Shown one piece after another: positions 1-10,038 of a stretch of 64,000 nucleotides of DNA. Source of the DNA: Candidatus Bruticola sp. (GTDB lineage Bacteria; Vulcanimicrobiota; Xenobia; Xenobiales; Xenobiaceae); assembly GCA_051874735.1 (NCBI GenBank), contig JBJEGD010000042.1, positions 1 to 64,000 on the forward strand, given 5' to 3'. The notes under the pieces were generated by a model. The model saw only the letters and a list, made by a program, of their open reading frames with translations, was not told where the DNA came from and ran no database searches. The position numbers and the translations under genes are program-made. The stretch's first letter is position 1. Every line of letters starts with the position of its first letter.

Positions 1-407
1 AGAGCAATTAAAGGTGAGACAACTAAAGCTACTCCAGAACGGAGCAAAGCCGGAATCTGATAGCAAAGAGACTTGCCTCCCCCCGTAGGCATAAGCACTA
101 CAGCGCTGCCTCCTCTAGCGACGTGAAAAATAATGTCTTTCTGAGGACCGCGGAAAGAATGATAACCGAAAACCCGCTGTAAAACAGCGTAAGCCTCCTG
201 TTCCAATTCTGCATCGGTTAACATAGACACAGGATCATCGCCAACAGACGAATTAATCTGCGCTTGCCTCTTGCCGCTTAAAGTGCTGTAAAGCTCATCT
301 CCATTAGAATCTGACCAGAAAAACTCATCTTCATCTGTACAGATGCCATTCGGTTCTACATAGGCTTCATTATAAATTGAGTCGTCACAATCGACCTTAC
401 CCTTCAT
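1..407 (-). CDS. recQ: ATP-dependent DNA helicase RecQ (5' part; runs off the window start)
   Basis: Not in the ORF track. Manual minus-strand translation gives ...[18 protein letters not shown]...[18 protein letters not shown]...VVSPLIAL (RecQ motifs 0, I, Ia). Frame is open back to ATG at 407, which overlaps the upstream ORF stop; alternative ATG at 224. Confidence 0.93.
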   Translation of the reverse strand, partial: MKGKVDCDDSIYNEAYVEPNGICTDEDEFFWSDSNGDELYSTLSGKRQAQINSSVGDDPVSMLTDAELEQEAYAVLQRVFGYHSFRGPQKDIIFHVARGGSAVVLMPTGGGKSLCYQIPALLRSGVALVVSPLIA

Positions 408-909
408 ACTCAAAATCGGCTTCTTCTAAACGATCGGAACGTTCATCTGCCTCGCGCTGAGACGCCATAGCTACCATAAAAGCATCATCAAAATCGGCTA
501 TTAAATCGCGCAAATGAATAAAAGCCATTCTCGCCCCAGCTAATTCACCGAAAATAGGAGATTCAATTACACTGTCACACCCTTCTTCATTTTCAGATAA
601 ACACTCACTAGGACTGTGTTCCTCAGAATCATCATGTTTATTAGAACTTTCAGCTGAATCTGTTTTGTCAGAGCAATTAGCTAAACGAGGCAAAATATCC
701 ATATAAAGATTTTTAGCACTGACCATTATCTCGGCAAAACGATAAGCGACACTCTCCCGTTCACCGGGTTGCAAACAGTTCTGTTTCGTCAGCTGTTCAT
801 AAATAACTTTAGTTATAGCTATCTCTTCACTACCTGGTTCCAATTCAGGCACTGTAGCCGGAATTTGCCGTTCCTCAGATGTTAAATCATGTTCAAAATG
901 GCTATACAT
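397..909 (-). CDS. Hypothetical acidic helical protein, translationally coupled to recQ
   Basis: 170-aa ORF in a tight co-directional run (5-nt gap upstream, overlap with the recQ ATG); no recognisable family. Confidence 0.7.
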   Translation of the reverse strand: MYSHFEHDLTSEERQIPATVPELEPGSEEIAITKVIYEQLTKQNCLQPGERESVAYRFAEIMVSAKNLYMDILPRLANCSDKTDSAESSNKHDDSEEHSPSECLSENEEGCDSVIESPIFGELAGARMAFIHLRDLIADFDDAFMVAMASQREADERSDRLEEADFEYEG

Positions 910-914
910 ATAAA

Positions 915-2045
915 TTACTTGCCTTTCTCAACGTGCAGAGCCGCTCCGGAATCTTCAGAAGACGCACTCCCCGATTTCAAAATTTCTAACGCATACAAAG
1001 TGAGAAGACTGTGGTAATCAACTCGCAACTGATCTAAATTCTGTCCCATCCAGGCTAGCTGTTTATCATTAAGCAGTTCACCTATATCTTGGCGTATCGT
1101 ATTTTCCCGCTTTTTATCTAAATCTGCCAACTGGCGCAGCAAGGGAGCTACAGCGGCTTTTTGGCCGGAACTCATTTTTAAAGTTTCGACATCTTCCATC
1201 TTAACAATCATGCTAGCAATATCTTGAATTTGAAAATCGATAAATTTATGGGAATAAGTCTGGCGTGTCTTTATTAAACTAGCTCCGCTAGTAAGTATAT
1301 CTAACGCCTTAGCTACTACCGGCTGATAACCAGATTTTTCTCCGGACTTGTAACCTACTAAGTTGGGCTCTCCGCGATGGGAACGGGCCCATTTAATCTG
1401 CTCATCTGTGAAGTAACTCAGCAATTCACTAATTAAGTTATTAGTTTTCTCAATATCTTGACGCAATTCACATAAGACACGAGTTCCTTCACGAATTTGA
1501 GCCGCACTTAAGCGCAATTCCTCGTTAGGGCAACGGCAGAAATAAATAAAACCAGCCAAAACTTGCGTACCATATGCCTGAGCTTTAGGTACAGCTTTGG
1601 GTTCAGGCTTTTCTTTAGGAGACGCAGGAATAACTTTTTTGATATCGACAGGCCCTACTGGACGGCCCCCCGGCTCTACGGCCGGAGGCTCCAACTGTAA
1701 AGAGCTGTTACTAACCTGTTCCATGGGAGGAGGAGGTGGCGGAGCACCAGCGGCCATAACCGGTTCAGGCTGATTAGGCACGCCACTATGCAGCAAGCCG
1801 GGACCGCTGCTGCTTTCTCCCCTGCTCAAGTTGTCTAGAGCACCGCTGTAAATAACAGAATTAAAAGCAACCAACAAAATGACGAAGACTATACCCGCGA
1901 TATTAGCAGGAGTCCAAAAAGTTACGTTCTCCTCAGAAACGTTTTCCTGAACTTCAGACTCTTGGTCTTCTTTATGGCTAACAGATTCAGTCATTTTTTC
2001 ACCATTGTTATCAGAAGACTGACTCGTTTCACTATGTTTTTCCAT
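915..2045 (-). CDS. Single-TM membrane protein with Pro-rich linker and two LTxxQ-type helical repeats
   Basis: TM IAGIVFVILLVAFNSVIY; PPPPPP linker; repeats ELRLSAAQ...YFTDEQIKW and TLKMSSGQ...LLNDKQLAW. Confidence 0.75.
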   Translation of the reverse strand: MEKHSETSQSSDNNGEKMTESVSHKEDQESEVQENVSEENVTFWTPANIAGIVFVILLVAFNSVIYSGALDNLSRGESSSGPGLLHSGVPNQPEPVMAAGAPPPPPPMEQVSNSSLQLEPPAVEPGGRPVGPVDIKKVIPASPKEKPEPKAVPKAQAYGTQVLAGFIYFCRCPNEELRLSAAQIREGTRVLCELRQDIEKTNNLISELLSYFTDEQIKWARSHRGEPNLVGYKSGEKSGYQPVVAKALDILTSGASLIKTRQTYSHKFIDFQIQDIASMIVKMEDVETLKMSSGQKAAVAPLLRQLADLDKKRENTIRQDIGELLNDKQLAWMGQNLDQLRVDYHSLLTLYALEILKSGSASSEDSGAALHVEKGK

Positions 2046-2048
2046 ATT

Positions 2049-3461
2049 TTAATCCTCTCTTGCACTTGGAACAGTCGCATTAGACTGTTCTCTGCGGGTA
2101 CCCAGAAACGTAGTAAATTCCAAGATCAGAGCTTCTCCTCCCCTCTCGAATCCTAAATGCGATTTGGGATTAGTGAGGTCATCTTCTATAGCTTGAAGCT
2201 GCTCGTCGCTGAGAAGGTGGATTACCTCAGCCTGCACCTCAGGATAGCGTTCATAAACCTCATGTTTATTAATGCTACTTATGCAGGTAATGATTTCAGA
2301 CTCAAGTCTGCTGAGACTCTCTATTTGTTTATCAGTGAGACGTACCTTTTCATCGGGCTCCAAAACACGCATAATACCTAAAATAGCTTGACGAAGAGGA
2401 AGTTCGGCTCCTCCTGACACAGGAACCGTTATTGAAGCTTCATCAGTAACATGAGCAGGGGTACGGAGCAGACTATTTATGTCTAGTTCAAAGCCCGCAT
2501 GGCCGATATGGTAGGCCAGCAAAGAATCAAAACTGCGCATAACGCTATGGCTATTAAGCTTCAAGGACAGAACTGAATGTTCCCACAATAATTCCAATAA
2601 ACGTTCCTGCTGTTTATCAGTCAATACTGAGCGCACCTGAGCTTCCAAAATGGGGAAGTAAGTGGAACTCACTTTAGCAAAATCAATAGCCAGCGTCGCT
2701 CTAAGAGGCTCTTCCATAGCTCTCAAAAGAATGGCCTGCTTCTTATTTATAGCGTATTCTGGATCACTTTCTAACAGAATCACTCCAACCAACCAATGCA
2801 ACATGCGCAACTGGCTGACCCTCTCACGCATAGGTGATAACCCGTAATTAGTAAAATCGTTACGTATACCGGCGTCTTGGCAAAGATCTACATAAAATTC
2901 CGTTAAAAATCTAGTCAGCTGCTCGTCAGAATTATCCAGGCGCTTATTGACATAGAGCTCATAAATTGCGGCCTGCTGGTTAGGACGAAGCAAAGACCAA
3001 AGATAATTTTTTAAACAATCTGTCATAGATTTACCTGAAGCAGCCGGTAATTTATTTTCAAACTCAAAAGATTTTTTTGTTTCTTCAAATACAGCCCCCC
3101 TGCGTTCATTATTAATTTTCCCGCTTTCAACAAGTTGACGCGCCAAAGGCAAGACGGCAGCAATTTCAGCAGCCTGATTGGCGTCGAACAGTAAATCGGG
3201 GTCTCCACTCAACGAGTACATACCTTCTAAAACCTGCGGAAGGGTGAGTTTCCAATTTATTTTTGAGGCATAATCGCTGTTATGTTTAGGTAAAACGGAA
3301 ACAGCATTGAGCGGTGAAGCCGTATGACTGACAAAAATCCATAAAAGAAAAGACACCGCAGCCAAAGAACTAAACAGAAAGGCCGCGACTAATTGCCATA
3401 AAAACAGCTTCTTTTCAGAATAAGTTTTTGATTTTTCATCGTGGTGTTCAGTATTTTCCAT
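2049..3461 (-). CDS. Single-TM membrane protein with three LTxxQ-type helical repeats
   Basis: N-terminal TM; repeats DLLFDANQA...LLRPNQQ, EYAINKKQA...VLTDKQQ, KVRLTDKQI...LLSDEQL. Confidence 0.75.
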   Translation of the reverse strand: MENTEHHDEKSKTYSEKKLFLWQLVAAFLFSSLAAVSFLLWIFVSHTASPLNAVSVLPKHNSDYASKINWKLTLPQVLEGMYSLSGDPDLLFDANQAAEIAAVLPLARQLVESGKINNERRGAVFEETKKSFEFENKLPAASGKSMTDCLKNYLWSLLRPNQQAAIYELYVNKRLDNSDEQLTRFLTEFYVDLCQDAGIRNDFTNYGLSPMRERVSQLRMLHWLVGVILLESDPEYAINKKQAILLRAMEEPLRATLAIDFAKVSSTYFPILEAQVRSVLTDKQQERLLELLWEHSVLSLKLNSHSVMRSFDSLLAYHIGHAGFELDINSLLRTPAHVTDEASITVPVSGGAELPLRQAILGIMRVLEPDEKVRLTDKQIESLSRLESEIITCISSINKHEVYERYPEVQAEVIHLLSDEQLQAIEDDLTNPKSHLGFERGGEALILEFTTFLGTRREQSNATVPSARED

Positions 3462-3516
3462 GCATACGCTCCGCAGTCTGCTGACAGTAAATTATGGCCG
3501 CCAACCCTCCAGCTGA

Positions 3517-5337
3517 TTAATCGACTAATTTTTTTGTTCCATCCACTTGGGGAACGACAAAAACTGCCATTCTATTCCAAGCTATTTCCCTTTTGTCAGG
3601 GGCAGGCCATCCCCAGCGTCCTTTAGATAAAGGCTCAAAATCATCGACTAGAGGTACTCCTAAAAGATTGTAAAGCATCAAATAATCACGAAAAAAAACA
3701 GATCCACTAAAAGTCCCCGACTGCATTTCCACATGAGCGCAACCCCGCTCATGCAAAATTATGAAATGGATTCCCCTCTTGCGTAACTCTGCCCAAGCAT
3801 TTTCCCTCATGTTTTTATTATCAATTAAAATGGCAAAATTCTGATTTTTATTGATACTGTTCTGTCCTAAATCATCAAGTAGTTGGCAAAACTCAGCGTA
3901 TCCTGGCGCAGTCACCCCTGCTTCCGTCAGCAAATTAGCCCGACTGACTAAAGGCAGACCATGGGTTGTTTGAGCAAAAAGCCCCAGCGGTTGAGCACTG
4001 AAAGGAAGCTCTAAAATTTTTTTATTTTTAAATTCATCTACCCCGGAAAACACATTATAGACAGGAGCTAAATTAGAATTTAAACCGCCCAAAGGTGAAA
4101 ATTGTCCCCATTCGAGAAGTCCCCAAAAAGATGCTATCAAAACAACAGCTACTAAAGCAGCTTTTTCAGAGCTACGCACTGCAAAAATTTCCGGTGCTGA
4201 GCTTAATAAAATTGAGGAACCGAAAGCCAAAAATATCCCGCTAACAATAAAACCGGCTCTTCCAGCTACTGGAAGCAACAGACAGATAAAGAGAATAGCT
4301 AGGCTATTTTTTTTCTCTTGAGTTCTTTCTTTTAAAGAAAAAACCCAGTTAAAGATCCACCATATCGCCAAAATACCGCCAACAGTAAAAAACGCGCGAG
4401 GGTTATAACCTATCCATTTCAAAGAAAGAGAATAACAAGAAGCAGGTAATAAATAAAAAGCCCAAGCGGCCAAAGCCGCCGCTACTCCTATGTAATCTTG
4501 GCGAAAAGCTATCATTTTCCGCTGCGAAACATAAATGGCTAAATAGGTTATTCCCCAGACAATCAACAACAGCAGAGCGTAATATCCGCAAAAAAAAGCT
4601 GAGGCAGCTAAAACTAAACTGAGCTGCCACCAACTCACTGGTTGGTGGCGCCACATTTTGACAGCTAAAACCATTCCGGCAGCTAATCCAGCCAGACAAG
4701 CCCACTCCCAATTCAGCGCCTGCAGAGCTGCTAGAGTAAGCGGATTGAACATGAATGTCAGCGCCCCCACTACCAGTCCTGGCCAACTTCGCTCTAAAGT
4801 TGTAAACAGCCAAACAGCAGCAGCACCGTTACAGAAAAGTACTCCTAATATAAAAATTACATTAGCATAGCGCCTTCCAAAAATACTGAGCATAGGGTTT
4901 AACAACAAATTATTGACCCAAGGACTGCCACGGTGTATGTACCAATAATAGAAGTCGCTATTTTTTACTTCAAAAGAGGCGAATTGTTTAAATTCTCCTG
5001 CTTTGGGAGCCCCAATGCGTTCTCCACTCAAAGCATAAATAACTTTTCGTTTCAGACCGCCCGCCTTACCTACAGCCTGACAGCGTTTTTGACTAATGCC
5101 TTGCTGCCAATAAACGGCTTCAGCCCAAATACCTCCCGGCAAATCGTACATTGAACTTATATTACTGCGAAAAAACAAAACGGCCGCTGTAATTGCGCCC
5201 CCCAAGAGCAGCAGCAGCCACAATCCATGCAAGCTATTTCTCGCAGAATAACTAACGCGACGTTCTGCTGCCAGCAAAGCACCGGCATTTTCCCGCCGCC
5301 AATATCTAAGTTTATCCATAGTTGGCACTTTCAGCAA
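3517..5337 (-). CDS. Polytopic membrane protein, GT-C/PMT-like glycosyltransferase candidate
   Basis: Many TM segments, then a C-terminal soluble domain with ILELPF...AQTTHGLPLV and LRKRGIHFIILHER, matching the neighbouring paralogue. Confidence 0.55.
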   Translation of the reverse strand: MLKVPTMDKLRYWRRENAGALLAAERRVSYSARNSLHGLWLLLLLGGAITAAVLFFRSNISSMYDLPGGIWAEAVYWQQGISQKRCQAVGKAGGLKRKVIYALSGERIGAPKAGEFKQFASFEVKNSDFYYWYIHRGSPWVNNLLLNPMLSIFGRRYANVIFILGVLFCNGAAAVWLFTTLERSWPGLVVGALTFMFNPLTLAALQALNWEWACLAGLAAGMVLAVKMWRHQPVSWWQLSLVLAASAFFCGYYALLLLIVWGITYLAIYVSQRKMIAFRQDYIGVAAALAAWAFYLLPASCYSLSLKWIGYNPRAFFTVGGILAIWWIFNWVFSLKERTQEKKNSLAILFICLLLPVAGRAGFIVSGIFLAFGSSILLSSAPEIFAVRSSEKAALVAVVLIASFWGLLEWGQFSPLGGLNSNLAPVYNVFSGVDEFKNKKILELPFSAQPLGLFAQTTHGLPLVSRANLLTEAGVTAPGYAEFCQLLDDLGQNSINKNQNFAILIDNKNMRENAWAELRKRGIHFIILHERGCAHVEMQSGTFSGSVFFRDYLMLYNLLGVPLVDDFEPLSKGRWGWPAPDKREIAWNRMAVFVVPQVDGTKKLVD

Positions 5338-5490
5338 CGAATTTATAGGTCATATCAAGGCTAAAGCTGCCCGCAGTTTTCTTGTTGTTCTAATAAAGCT
5401 GATTCCTGCCTGCCACTTGAAAATAAAAACCTATGAACATAAAAAAATATGATATACTGAGGCCCGAAATTACAACTGCAGAGGCTCATT

Positions 5491-7392
5491 TTGCGTTCTT
5501 CCCACCCCCAACAAACTGTTGAAAAGCTCAATTTCAGTGTTTACCCAAACTGGCGTGAATTTCTAAGCGTGTCGGCCATATTTCTGATGCTTATCTGCTC
5601 CTGGGTCGGCAGTTCACTGATGAACGTACAGCAAAACGATAAGCCGGTTACAGCCACAACCTGTTTGACTCAACGTCTGTTGGGGCACCCCTGTTCAGAT
5701 TTATGGAAACACATTTGGGGAGCCTGGTGGACAAGTGAAGAACTTCAGCAAGGACGCTGGCCTACCCAAACTAATTTACAAAATTTTCCCAAAGGCGGTA
5801 AGCTCTACGTAATTGACCAACTGAATGCTTTAACAACAGCCTGCTTAAGTAATTTTTTCGGCTTAGTGGCAGCTTTTAACCTGACTCAAATTTTAAAACT
5901 TTACACGTCATGTCTTGGAGCATGGCTGTTAGCCCGTCTAGTTTGTCAGGATAGCTGGAATGCGGCAGCTGCAGGTATAATTTACGGAATATGCCCCTTT
6001 ATTTTGACTAGTGGCGTAACTAGTGCGATATGTGAAACTACTAATTTAGAGTGGATGCCGCTAAGCTTAATAGGTATGGCCTTATGTTTGCGCTCGAAAC
6101 ATACCAATTTTAGAGCTATCTTTTTTACTTCTGCGTCACTAGCTCTTAGTGCGGTGGGATCGTGGTATTATGCCGAAGCCTGCCTCATCAGCGCTGCAGT
6201 ACTGATAATCTGGGCGGCTGTATATAAAGAAGTTCCTATTCTCAACAATTCTGAAAAAGTTACTATTAGATCAAATAATACAGGCTCTATTTCCAAATCT
6301 AGATTTAAAGCGAATTGGTTCAATACAGCGATGGCTTGTGTGCTCTCTCTTGTCTTAGCCTCTCCCACCGCCTTTCTTTTTGCCTCTAGTTTGAGCGGCC
6401 CAGATTCTTTATTGGCTAAAATAGACGTAACAAACAGACAGCAAGCAGCCAATTTAAAATTTTTTCACAAAGAAGGTGATTTTCACAATAACGCCAGCTT
6501 AGCTGGTTATTTTCTACCTGGCAAAGGACAACTCTCCGTATCTCAAGACGTAGATTTACGCTGCAAAAGCACTTATATAGGGTGGCTCGCCCTATTTTTA
6601 GCTTCAGTTGGCCTATGGAAAAATAAAAAAGAAGGCCGTTTTTGGGTAGTACTGGGGGTTTTTGCCTTCTTCATATCATCGGGCCCTTATCTAGTTTATT
6701 TCGGCAGCCAATCTTTTGAGAACCCTATAAACATATTTTATTGGATACCTTACAACTTCATACCCGGATTCAAAATGGCGGTTATTACTGACCGTTTTTC
6801 TATAATTGTACAGCTCAGTGTCGCTGTCTTGGCGGCTATGGGACTGAAGTATATCTGCTCTCAGTTACATTTCAACCGATTTTTTGCTGTTTTAGTAGCT
6901 ATTTTATTAATTAATGCCGAAATTATGCTTCTATCTCCAGTTCCTTTCCCAATACCCTCCTCATCAGCAACTCAACCGCCTCAGAGTTTATACTTAGCGG
7001 CCCAGCCAGGTAACAAAGGAGTAATACAGCTACCTTTGTCCAGAACAGACAGCCACCTACAACCCGGAGAGTATTATTATTGGCAGACCTGCCACCGCAA
7101 GCCTATGGCTCTTTCCCTGACCACACGAATTCATCCGTATTTGCTAACCAATTTACTTACTAGCAGCCTGTTTCTTTGCGAAGATCCTCAATACGGTGAA
7201 ATTACTTCAGGGAAAATATTCGCTTCCGATATAGAAGCACTGCGGCAGGATGGATTCGGTTGGATCTGCGTCAATGACCAACTTATGGAAAAAGAGGCTG
7301 CCGCTAAAGCGAACAAAATACTCACAGATCTGTTGGGACAGCCTAAGGAATTCGCCAATAGAAGTAAAGTGTACACCATCAATGGTACCTAA
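5491..7392 (+). CDS. Polytopic membrane protein, GT-C/YfhO-like glycosyltransferase candidate
   Basis: SDLWKHIWGAWW first loop, many TMs, YIGW, SGPYL, DRF, C-terminal VIQLPL...YYYWQTCHRKPM...LRQDGFGWICVN. Confidence 0.6.
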   Translation: MRSSHPQQTVEKLNFSVYPNWREFLSVSAIFLMLICSWVGSSLMNVQQNDKPVTATTCLTQRLLGHPCSDLWKHIWGAWWTSEELQQGRWPTQTNLQNFPKGGKLYVIDQLNALTTACLSNFFGLVAAFNLTQILKLYTSCLGAWLLARLVCQDSWNAAAAGIIYGICPFILTSGVTSAICETTNLEWMPLSLIGMALCLRSKHTNFRAIFFTSASLALSAVGSWYYAEACLISAAVLIIWAAVYKEVPILNNSEKVTIRSNNTGSISKSRFKANWFNTAMACVLSLVLASPTAFLFASSLSGPDSLLAKIDVTNRQQAANLKFFHKEGDFHNNASLAGYFLPGKGQLSVSQDVDLRCKSTYIGWLALFLASVGLWKNKKEGRFWVVLGVFAFFISSGPYLVYFGSQSFENPINIFYWIPYNFIPGFKMAVITDRFSIIVQLSVAVLAAMGLKYICSQLHFNRFFAVLVAILLINAEIMLLSPVPFPIPSSSATQPPQSLYLAAQPGNKGVIQLPLSRTDSHLQPGEYYYWQTCHRKPMALSLTTRIHPYLLTNLLTSSLFLCEDPQYGEITSGKIFASDIEALRQDGFGWICVNDQLMEKEAAAKANKILTDLLGQPKEFANRSKVYTINGT

Positions 7393-7473
7393 CTATCCCA
7401 GCCCAAGCGATTTCAGCTCAAATTACTTTAAAAACGTTCGAGCCGAAACGCCCACCGTTTCCCAACATTTATC

Positions 7474-7989
7474 TTATATGTCCGAACTATTATAATTAAC
7501 TTCTTCGCCAGCTGCTTCGCTAGATTCTGACTCATACTGAGAAGCTTTTAGATCTTCAATCTTAGACCAGGACTCTAGAAAATCACCTACGATATCTTGA
7601 TAACGTTCGTCCTCCATAATAGTACGCACTATTTTATCCTTCATTTGAGGATATCCCCGACTAAGTTCTAAACGACCTCCAAAAGCCTCTCTCAGCGCAG
7701 AATCGACCAAAGCGGAAACAGAATCGTAAAAAAAAGCATCAGACTGGGGATTTAATTTGGAAAGCTGCCCTACAGCATCAGCTAAAAAACGTTCCTGAGG
7801 AGTTTGAGGGGAGCTCGCTTCAACCCCCATAGCTTCTTGGGCTTCAGTAGCTTCCGAAGACAAAGAAACATTATCGGCAGCCTCAGCAGCAGATGTTTTA
7901 GAAATGCCCGACTGTTTGAGCATTTTCTTCTGCATGCCTAGAATATTGCTACAGAATGAAGCTAAAATGCCAGTATGCAACGGATCCAA
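7474..7989 (-). CDS. Hypothetical protein divergent from flgB; candidate type III-secreted or accessory protein
   Basis: 171-aa ORF (TTG start after GAGGT); low-complexity N-terminus with AADNVSLSSEA; helical C-terminal domain. Confidence 0.7.
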   Translation of the reverse strand: MDPLHTGILASFCSNILGMQKKMLKQSGISKTSAAEAADNVSLSSEATEAQEAMGVEASSPQTPQERFLADAVGQLSKLNPQSDAFFYDSVSALVDSALREAFGGRLELSRGYPQMKDKIVRTIMEDERYQDIVGDFLESWSKIEDLKASQYESESSEAAGEEVNYNSSDI

Positions 7990-8599
7990 AAGAATGAGAC
8001 CTCACAAAACATAAATATCCGCCTTCCACTTTGTTGTAGCTAAGCACACTTAAAAGAACTTAGCGAATAAAAGGCACACCGATCCCCCTATATTTTTAAG
8101 TAAAAAAACAGTTAAGATATTACAAACAAGATTAACATTCTTTAATAAGACTAGCATTATCCTTTTACTACGCCCAATAAGAAAAGAAGAACCGCGCGGC
8201 GAAATTCTCCTATCTCAGCTTTTTCCCCTGCCGGTTAAACTGTTAGCTTTAATTCAACGCTTTTTATTTTTAAAATCAAAATACTCTGACCTTTTTTACC
8301 GACGCCAATAAAAAGGAAAGCTCAACAGCCCCTAGAAACTCTTGGCGAGTTCCTGCCTATTTTAGGAAGATGCAGCTGTTCAGTTTATTTCCCATTTAGG
8401 AACGAACGAAGCCCTATCAGTCTAGATTAAATAATACTCTCAGCTGAGTCAGACTTCGGAAACGCTTATTTACAATTTTGTAATATTTAAACAAACTATC
8501 AGCAATAGCTTCCTTTTATGATAGTAGGAAGAGAAAGAGTTAATTTTTCCGCTAAATCCGCTCCTGGCGGACAGCCGGAACAGGGAGGAGAATACACCG

Positions 8600-9013
8600 A
8601 TGAAGCCAGTAAAGTTAGTTGACACCAATTTGCTTGAAAGAGCGCTGGACGCCGCCTCTTTACGTCAGCAGGTCATCTCCAGTAACATAGCTAATGTCAA
8701 TACAGAGGGATACGATTCCCAGCGGGTAGTTTTCGAAAGCCATCTCAAAGAAGTCATGGCCATGGAGCAGGAAGACGAAACTGGCGAGTTAACAGCTAAC
8801 ACAGCTGTCGATCCGGAATTCCGCCTCGGTTCCAGCGGCGGCTACACCGCCGACACCTTGAAGGCCACAGTAGAATCTGTGGGAGGCCCTCTTGATATTA
8901 ACCAAGAGATGAGCAACCTTGCCAAGAACCAAATTATGTACAATGCCTTAGCCTCTAAAATTTCTGGCGTTTATGGCACTTTAAAGTATGTAATTGACAA
9001 CTCTGGTCGCTAG
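8600..9013 (+). CDS. flgB: Flagellar basal-body rod protein FlgB
   Basis: ALDAASLRQQVISSNIANVNTEGY; C-terminal DINQEMSNLAKNQIMYNAL; SD GGGAGGAG. Confidence 0.95.
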   Translation: MKPVKLVDTNLLERALDAASLRQQVISSNIANVNTEGYDSQRVVFESHLKEVMAMEQEDETGELTANTAVDPEFRLGSSGGYTADTLKATVESVGGPLDINQEMSNLAKNQIMYNALASKISGVYGTLKYVIDNSGR

Positions 9014-9049
9014 TTTGAGCCCGAAATTCAAGGTAGGAGGACATAAATA

Positions 9050-9511
9050 ATGAATTTTTTCAATACGTTTGATATAGCATCCAGCGGTATGACTGCCCAG
9101 CGCAAAATGATGGACGTAACCGCAGCCAATATTGCCAATGTCAACACCACTGAAACTGCCGACGGCACCCCCTTCCGCCGCATGGTTGCCGTAGTGACTC
9201 AAAAACAAATCGGAGATTTTGAGAACGAGTTCCAGGCTTGTTCCTTTGATGACGAAGCTCCTCAAGTAGCCCAAGGTGTAGAAGTGGCCGGCGTCCAAGC
9301 CGATAATTCCGACTTCCGCTGGGTATATGATCCGTCCAACCCCAAAGCCCAGACGAGCGGCGAGCACAAAGGATACGTAGCTATGCCTAACATTAACGTC
9401 ATTTCTGAAATGACCAACATGATGATGGCCAGCCGCGCCTTTGAAGCTAACGCTACTATTTTGGAAGCTTCCAAGTCTATGGCCAGCAAGGCCCTCGAAA
9501 TTGGCAAGTAA
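9050..9511 (+). CDS. flgC: Flagellar basal-body rod protein FlgC
   Basis: IASSGMTAQRKMMDVTAANIANVNTT; YDPSNPKA; GYVAMPNINVISEMTNMMMASRAFEAN. Confidence 0.97.
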   Translation: MNFFNTFDIASSGMTAQRKMMDVTAANIANVNTTETADGTPFRRMVAVVTQKQIGDFENEFQACSFDDEAPQVAQGVEVAGVQADNSDFRWVYDPSNPKAQTSGEHKGYVAMPNINVISEMTNMMMASRAFEANATILEASKSMASKALEIGK

Positions 9512-9552
9512 TTTTTGGGTGTCTTTTTTCGACATTTTGAGGAGGTTATAAC

Positions 9553-9906
9553 ATGCAGTTTTCTTCTATTCAAGGAATCGGCGGTCTTACCCAGGCCCCC
9601 CAAATGAACTCCGTAAGCTCTACCAATTCTATTCAGGGCATTTCCACTAGTCTTCCTTCAGTCAGCGCTCCTTCTGAAGCTGACGCCAAGTCCTTCTCCA
9701 ATATGCTTGGTGACGCCCTTTCTAATGTCAATACTACCATGACTGAAGCTCAAGAGTGCACCAGCAAGTTGCTCGACGGCAGTTTAAACAATCTTCACGA
9801 AATGTCTATTGCCGGCGCCAAGTCTGAGGTAATGCTTCACCTGACTACCCAGATCGCTTCTAAACTTTGCTCCTCAGCTACCACTTTATTCCAAATGCAG
9901 TTATAA
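9553..9906 (+). CDS. fliE: Flagellar hook-basal body protein FliE
   Basis: SFSNMLGDALSNVN...NLHEMSIAGAKSEVMLHL...LFQMQL; position between flgC and fliF. Confidence 0.9.
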   Translation: MQFSSIQGIGGLTQAPQMNSVSSTNSIQGISTSLPSVSAPSEADAKSFSNMLGDALSNVNTTMTEAQECTSKLLDGSLNNLHEMSIAGAKSEVMLHLTTQIASKLCSSATTLFQMQL

Positions 9907-9937
9907 TCCAAGCATACTGTAGGGAATTATTCGGGAT

Positions 9938-9967
9938 CGGCGTTCCCTCTGTAAGGAGGAAACGCCG
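9938..9967 (+). other. GNRA-tetraloop RNA hairpin between fliE and fliF (no U-tract)
   Basis: CGGCGTT-C-CCTCT GTAA GGAGG-A-AACGCCG. Confidence 0.5.
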
Positions 9968-10038
9968 TTGTGGCTTATAAATGAAGTCACCAAGGGGATA
10001 CCGAATTTTTATCCCCACTGTAGGAAGGAGAAACAACT

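Noticed and set aside
7474-7989. FlgM anti-sigma factor call, suggested by position divergent from flgB and the DxVxLS motif
   Set aside because: Too long (171 aa) and lacks the C-terminal KVxxLKxxIxxGxY sigma28-binding motif
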